A stretch of DNA of 64,000 nt, taken from Pseudogymnoascus verrucosus. Its lineage: Eukaryota. Positions within the stretch are counted from its first letter, which is position 1. Each line of letters begins with the position of its first letter. Under the pieces are notes generated by a model, which was not told where the DNA came from, made no database searches, and saw nothing but the letters and a program-made list of their open reading frames with translations. The stretch is from the NCBI GenBank assembly GCA_001662655.1, contig KV460261.1; one strand, written 5' to 3'. Both the position numbers and the translations under genes were made by a program. Below are positions 58,133-64,000 of the stretch, piece after piece.

Positions 58133-61100
58133 GGGAGCCGAATACCCGTATGGTTATTTTTGTATAAGACACCGGCGACATTGCCGACACTCCAACAGGA
58201 CCCTCTTCTCGCGAAACCGACATTACCCCGAGTCACAGTGGACACGCGGCTTGGCCGAGTCGTCTGAATTTTTCTGTTGAGACAGGGGCTAAATCAAAAG
58301 TAATAACCAAAAGAAGCCTTTGAGACATCTGGAAGGAAAAAAAAGGGAGCTATTTGTCTGACAGTACAGTAGTGTAGCGGAGATGCAGGTGATCTCCCCA
58401 TCGTGCATAGCGGGCCACGAGGGTAATACTGGGCCCATCTACATGCGCGTGGAAAGAAGCCTTTGGGAAAGCCTGGGCGCGGTTGTGGACGTCGATTGTC
58501 CCCTGGCGCCTGGGCAGGCCAATCAGGGGCTCGGCTCGGGGAACGTGGTGAAGGGGGTGGTGAGATGACAGGCTTGGCGGGTCAACGACGACATTGAAAC
58601 AAGCAAAACCAAGAGACGGGAGGATATTGTGGCGAGGCTTGTTTTCTGTCGCTGGGATGGATGGGAGGGGCTCCCAGGCGCGGCAAGTGCGAGCAAGCTT
58701 TGTGGCGCGTTTTGTAGATGCTGGTCGGTGATACAAGCGGGTGTGCTACGTAGATGAGGCCGGGACGGGGCGGGAAGGCTGAGATTACGGATGCGACGGA
58801 GAGATAGGAAGGAGGGAAGTGAGGGAAACATGATATTCTGCAGCTGAATGGCGCGTTGAGACATGTCTGTGGTGAATCCTATGTATGTTTGTGTATACGA
58901 AGGTGAAGGGAGACGCGTGCAACGGCAACGACCGAAGCGCGCACGTGGGCTGGGTGGATGGCAGGAGAGCGATGGTGACACGCGAGACCAGGTGTAGGAG
59001 GCGTCGCTCTAGGGGGGGAATTTCCGAGTCCGGGCGGCCCTGGCTGACCCAAGGATTCCGATATATGACTATTTGATTTGATCCGAGTTGATTTGTGGAG
59101 ATGATCTCGATCGTGTTGGACAAGACGGGAAGAAGGGGGATCAAGCATTGAGGGAAGGGCACGGTGTTTGTTCGTTGTTGTCACGACGGCAGGAGTCGTG
59201 TGTGAGGTGTGAGAGGAGATAAATGGATGATGGACTGGTAGCTTAACAATAGAATCATGGAGTGGAGTACGTATAAGTGGATAAGTGGATGAGTTTAGAT
59301 AATATTGATACCACCATCTTACGCTCGTGCGACGTCTCTTCCCGTATCTCCGACGTCTTTCTTCCCTCGTGCAAAGGAGCAACAAGAGCATCTGGAACTG
59401 GAACTCACATTATTGAAGCAAGCAAGCGATGTCTGTGTACCCCCACCCCAGCACACCTCCATCCCACTCCAGATCTCCATCAAAACTGTGGCTTCCCCGC
59501 TAGTCACTAGCGCGTTAGCACAAATCCTCGGCAGACAAGGAGTGCAATGGTGGGGAGACCCAGTTAGCGACGGGAGCAGCACCACGTTCTTAAATGATTG
59601 GCTGAGAATCGTCGACGCAACGACGAGTCTTCAAAGGCAGGCGCAGCTCAGCATGCTCAGGATGATTCCCGTCTGGTGGGCAGCTGTGGTCAACGGAGGG
59701 GGATGGCTGAACTTCCAAGACTTCCAAGACTTCCAAGACACCGGACACGGCCGCCACGTCCGAAATCTCTTGGCTCTCGATGGCATATCTGGAGCTGAGC
59801 ACACAGGGATTGGAAGTCTGACATATCTTCAGGTGGCCGCTGTATCCGGAGGCGTTCTGAGCGAACAGAGCGAACAGAGCGATGCAAGTTGGAATGGGAA
59901 TCGATAGGGGAAACAGACGTAGTGGTAGTTGACATCTCGCCATGTGGTTATATGCAGGAGGAGCCAATGAGGCGTGGTGATGGAGAAACATGTTCTGCTT
60001 CCGGCGCTGTGATTTGCTCGCGTGTGCATGGAGAGAAGTTGGGGGTTTAAGATACGGGGAGAGGCGAAGGGGGAACCGGGGCGGGAAAGGTGGGCGTAAG
60101 ATGGGCGAAGTGGGCATCTTTAGAGCGATTGAGAGGGTCCGATTACTGTAATGCTGTGTGTAATGGGTGTGTAGTGGGTGTAATGGGAAAGTATACAGAG
60201 GAGGTAGACGGAGTGGGATGAAGTACCACGAAACTCACTATATTAGCTATAATACCCAGTAGGTAGGGTATTGATTTGGTGGTGATGTGGTGTTGCTGCG
60301 GTGGTGGACGAGGCGGATCGAAGAGCGGGGTACATGGCTATATGCGGTGGGTAGTATGGGATCGCCAAGTATAGTTTTCGGTTTTCCGACTGGCTCCGAC
60401 CCTTCGAACAGGCGAAAATCAAAGTGCCCGCGTGCTCAAATGCCTCATCGAGCACGTTTGCTGGAGTACCCCTTCCACCGTGCCACCGGCAAATGGGTAC
60501 TTTGTCTTGGCTGTGTCTTGGCTGTGTCTTGGCTGTGGTACAAGCACTTTGGGGCGCAGAGAGACAGTGGTACATGCAACGGTACGCGAGGGGCCGCTAG
60601 TAAAATGTTTCGATCGCCGGAGCAAGAATCTCTGCACTCACTGTTACCCTCAAACCAGCAGGAGCAACCCACTCTACCACCACTCACTCACTTAGTACCA
60701 CTAAGGTGTGTTTGGTGACCATTTCTTACTCGTACTACCCGCCAATATCACCCCAATAACACTCCAAAATCAACTAGCACTACTCCCCACTACACTCACA
60801 CTACTCACACTACTCACACTATTTCCATCGTACACGCGCTCTACCCGTTTCAGTCCACTTCAGTCCACTATAGGCGACCCCGAAAGAAAAAAAAGAAACC
60901 CTCCCACGAGGAAATAGTTCCCACACATGTCCACTATGCCACTAATCCTCTCCATTCCGCCACTCACACGGCGAGAGCGACAGTCGTGCACCTCACCTCC
61001 TACCCCCACTCGCTCCAGGGCCCATCCCAGTCCATTCCCCGTCTCTTCCCATCATCATATAATAATCCCCTCCCCCCATCGCTGTATCACCGTCCTCCTC

Positions 61101-61194
61101 TCTTCTTTCTCCCTTCCTCTCCATCAACACGCCCCCGGCCCATCTCTCTTCTCGCCGCACTTCTCAGCGCAGCGCAGAGCTAGACGTTCTCAAC

Positions 61195-63305
61195 ATGTCG
61201 AACGACGACGGCCTCTACCACCCCCGCGTCCATGACCCGGCCGCGGGCACCATCCCGGTCCCCCATGGCCCGGATACTGGCACCGACCATGCCACCCTCC
61301 CATACGACCGCAATGCCGCCAACGAGAAGGCCATCTTCGACTACCTCATCAAGCCGGATGACAGCTACAACTCCGACGGTGTGTACTGGGCCGATCTGCC
61401 GTGGATGAAGCGCGCCGCGTTCGTCAGCGCCGTCGATGCCGCCGAGGCCAGGAAGGAGCTCGGTGCCATTGGCACCATGATGAAGGCCGATCCGTTGAGC
61501 CCCATTGGCTGGTACTTCCGCAACGCGGTCCTGCCAGGTGCCGGTCTGGGTCTCGAGGGGTATGTTGCGATTTTTTCCATTGTGACTACGCGTGGTGCTG
61601 ACGGATACTTAGTTACGTGCTCTTCTCCATTGGTAACTTGACCCCGCTGTTCCAGGCCGCCTGGGGTTCGTGCTGGAAGAAGTACCAGGTCTGCAGCGAG
61701 AACTGGATCGCCGCTGTCACGTACATGGAGATTCTCGGTATCATCGTTGGCCAGGTTCTTGTCGGTGTGTTGGGTGATTGGTGAGTGCTTGCTTCGCTTC
61801 GATTGTTGTACTGGGACAATCGCTAACACACAACCAGGTTCGGTCGCAGATGGGGTCTCATCCAGGATGCGCTGATCATGTTTGGCGGTCTGCTCATGCT
61901 CACGGCCTCGTGGGGTCTCGATCTCCAGGGCTGGGTCATCTGCTACGCCATCTCGCTCTTCTTCTACGGTATCGGTGTTGGTGGTGAGTACCCGATGACG
62001 GCCACCGCCGCCATGGAGAACGCCACCGGAGCCGGCAGGGTGTCGACCAAGGAGGATCGTCTCCACCGTGGTCGCAAGGTCACCATGGCCTTCCTCATGC
62101 AGGGCTGGGGTCAATTCTGGAACCAGGTCGTCCTCATCATCCTCATGCTCATCTTCAACCACAGCGGCAACCCGCCGTACTCGGTCGCCATGGCCCAGTG
62201 GACCTTCCGCGTCTCCTTCGCCCTCCCCGCCCTCGGCACGTTGTGGCTCGTCTACTACCGTACCTACAAGATGCCGCTTGCCAGCAAGCAGCTCAACATG
62301 GCCAAGAAGAAGATCAACGTGACCGGCTACGACACCAAGTCGCTCGGCCTGACCTTCACCTACTTCGGTGGCCGCCTGCTCGCCACCACCGGAACCTGGT
62401 TCTGCAACGACGTCTTCTTCTACGGTAACAAGCTGTTCCAATCGCAGTTCATCAGCGTCCTCTCCCCCCACGGAGCCACCATCATGACCGGCTGGACATG
62501 GAACTTGGTCAACGTCGTCGTCTCGCTCGCCGGATACTACTGCGCCTGCTTCCTCATCGACAACAAGCTGTTCGGCCGCAAGAACATGATGCAGCTGGGC
62601 TTCCTCATGGACTTCATCCTGTTTGTCGTCCCCGCCTTCCACTACAAGTACTACACCTCCATCCAGGGTGTCACCGCCTTCCAGGCCATGTACTTCTTGT
62701 CGTCCTTCTTCAACCAGTTCGGTCCCAACTCGGTCACCTTCCTCATCGCCGCCGAGGTCTTCCCCACGCCCGTCCGCGCGACCGCCCACGGTCTCTCCGC
62801 CGCCGTCGGCAAGCTCGGTGCCCTCCTCGCCTCCGTCCTGTACAACTACATCGACACCCAGATGAAGTTCTACGTCGTGCCATGGTTTGGTCTGGCCGGC
62901 ATGCTCCTCACCCTCCTCTTCCTCCCAGACACCACCGGCCTCGACCTCAAGGAGCAGGAGCGCCGCTGGAAGTACATCCGCAGCGGACGCGAGTCCGAGT
63001 ACCACGGTGTCGCCGTCCACCCCAAGCATCTCTCGCTCTGGGAGCGTCTCCGTGGCGCCGGCAAGTACTACGACCCGGAGCTCGACTACGCCTCCAAGAT
63101 TGAGGACATGCGCGAGGACTGGAGCGAGAAGCAGGAGGCTCGTCGCCAGGCTGAGGTGAACGGCGGCGTCTTCGATACCGAGGACGATTACAGCCAGCAC
63201 ATCCACGACCACTTCACCGCCACCACCCAGCCGGATAAGATCGTGGCCTCGTCGGCGGCGTCGGATGAGGATGCGCTGAGGGCTGGCGAGAAGCGCGCAT
63301 TGTAG
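61195..63305 (+). CDS. MFS phosphate:H+ symporter family transporter (Pho84/Git1-like). Exons 61195-61559, 61613-61780, 61838-63305
   Basis: GLGLEGYVLFSIGN, GDWFGRR, GIGVGGEYPMTA, AFLMQGWGQ, DVFFYGN, QFGPNSVTF...EVFPTPVRATAHGLSAAVGKLGA. Confidence 0.9.
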
Positions 63306-63469
63306 ATAGATAGCCACGGGCGCATTTTGTTTTGTATACCTTTTGGATTAATGGCGCGCGCGCTTTTACTTAGCGCGCGAGCGAGCGTGAAAGAGCGCTG
63401 TTAGAGTTTTGCATAGGAGTAGTAAGTAGGAGATTAAATACCATATACTTCACGTTGCCTTTTGTTTAC

Positions 63470-64000
63470 TATTTATAATATAACTATGTTTATGCTATTG
63501 TCTCGTCTAGGTTCATGCTATTACTACCTAGAACCCTACTTTTAGTTACGTTCCCTATTACCTCCCTAATATTACGTTCCCTACTATTATATTCTCTCTA
63601 CTTATTATAATCTGTACCCTTACTATTACTACTATTATTATCCCTACTCTACTAGTTTTTATCCCTACTACTATTATAAGAAGCATTTTTATTATTTTTA
63701 GTTTCTTTCTATTAGAATGCTAGAGTAGCTAAAAATAGAAGAATACTAGGTTAGGTAAAAATAGTATAATTAAATATAAAGACATAGGTCTAGGGTTATA
63801 TAGGAGTTTAGGGAACTAGATTAGAAGGTAGGATAATAAGGTTATATAGTATAATAATAGGTCTACCTTAATATAGTAACTATTAACTAAAGGCCTTAGT
63901 TCTATACCTCTAGTCCCTTTTATATTAAGGCTCCTAGTTTTACTAAGCTCTACTATATCCTATATATAAAGGTGTCCTTATATAACACCCCTTTATAATT
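63470..64000. mobile_element. AT-rich, RIP-like degraded repeat relic (family not identifiable), continuing beyond the window
   Basis: Abrupt drop in GC, very frequent TpA (tag/cta/taa) with scarce CpA/TpG, no long ORFs. Confidence 0.6.

Noticed and set aside
58775..58860. GCTGAGATTAC, reminiscent of the fungal TPP riboswitch
   Set aside because: The downstream conserved core (ACTTGAT...GATAATACC...GCGAAAG) is absent and the neighbours are not thiamine genes.
61365..63317. 650-aa antisense ORF over the MFS transporter
   Set aside because: Shadow of strong C-ending codon bias on the sense gene. It has V/E/G/D-rich antisense composition and no recognisable domain.

Overview
Eukaryotic DNA from a filamentous ascomycete: short GT-AG introns with CTRAY branch sites and Pezizomycotina-type proteins. 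A Leotiomycete such as Pseudogymnoascus is my unverified impression. About 25 protein genes can be modelled by hand. A compact core (17.7-58.1 kb) holds NSR1, NDUFB10, mL54, TAF7, ALG6, a 2EXR protein, a type-I phosphoglycerate dehydrogenase, a CE3 esterase, SLA1, PEX5, a GH16 glucanase, GRX3/4, a CYSTM protein, AMD1, YEA4, CDC55, a hypothetical protein, LSM2 and PSO2. The flanks are more accessory. On the left are a DIP5-like amino-acid permease with about 5 kb of low-complexity upstream DNA, a small Cys/His protein, an orphan/degenerate island (7.5-11.6 kb), a CBM1-GH62 arabinofuranosidase and a Kelch-like membrane protein. On the right are an MFS phosphate-type transporter with 3 kb of upstream DNA and a RIP-like AT-rich relic at the window end. 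I found no tRNA, rRNA, CRISPR array or intact transposon. The best unexplained signals are: a repeated GUGGCU-type motif with hairpins (one a cUUCGg tetraloop) downstream of NSR1; an ORF-less canonical intron suggesting a spliced lncRNA divergent from the permease; a regularly spaced TTACCCCATA array; an orphan gene broken by one in-frame TAG; and a GC-AG intron in LSM2. All product calls come from motif recognition only; no database searches were run.
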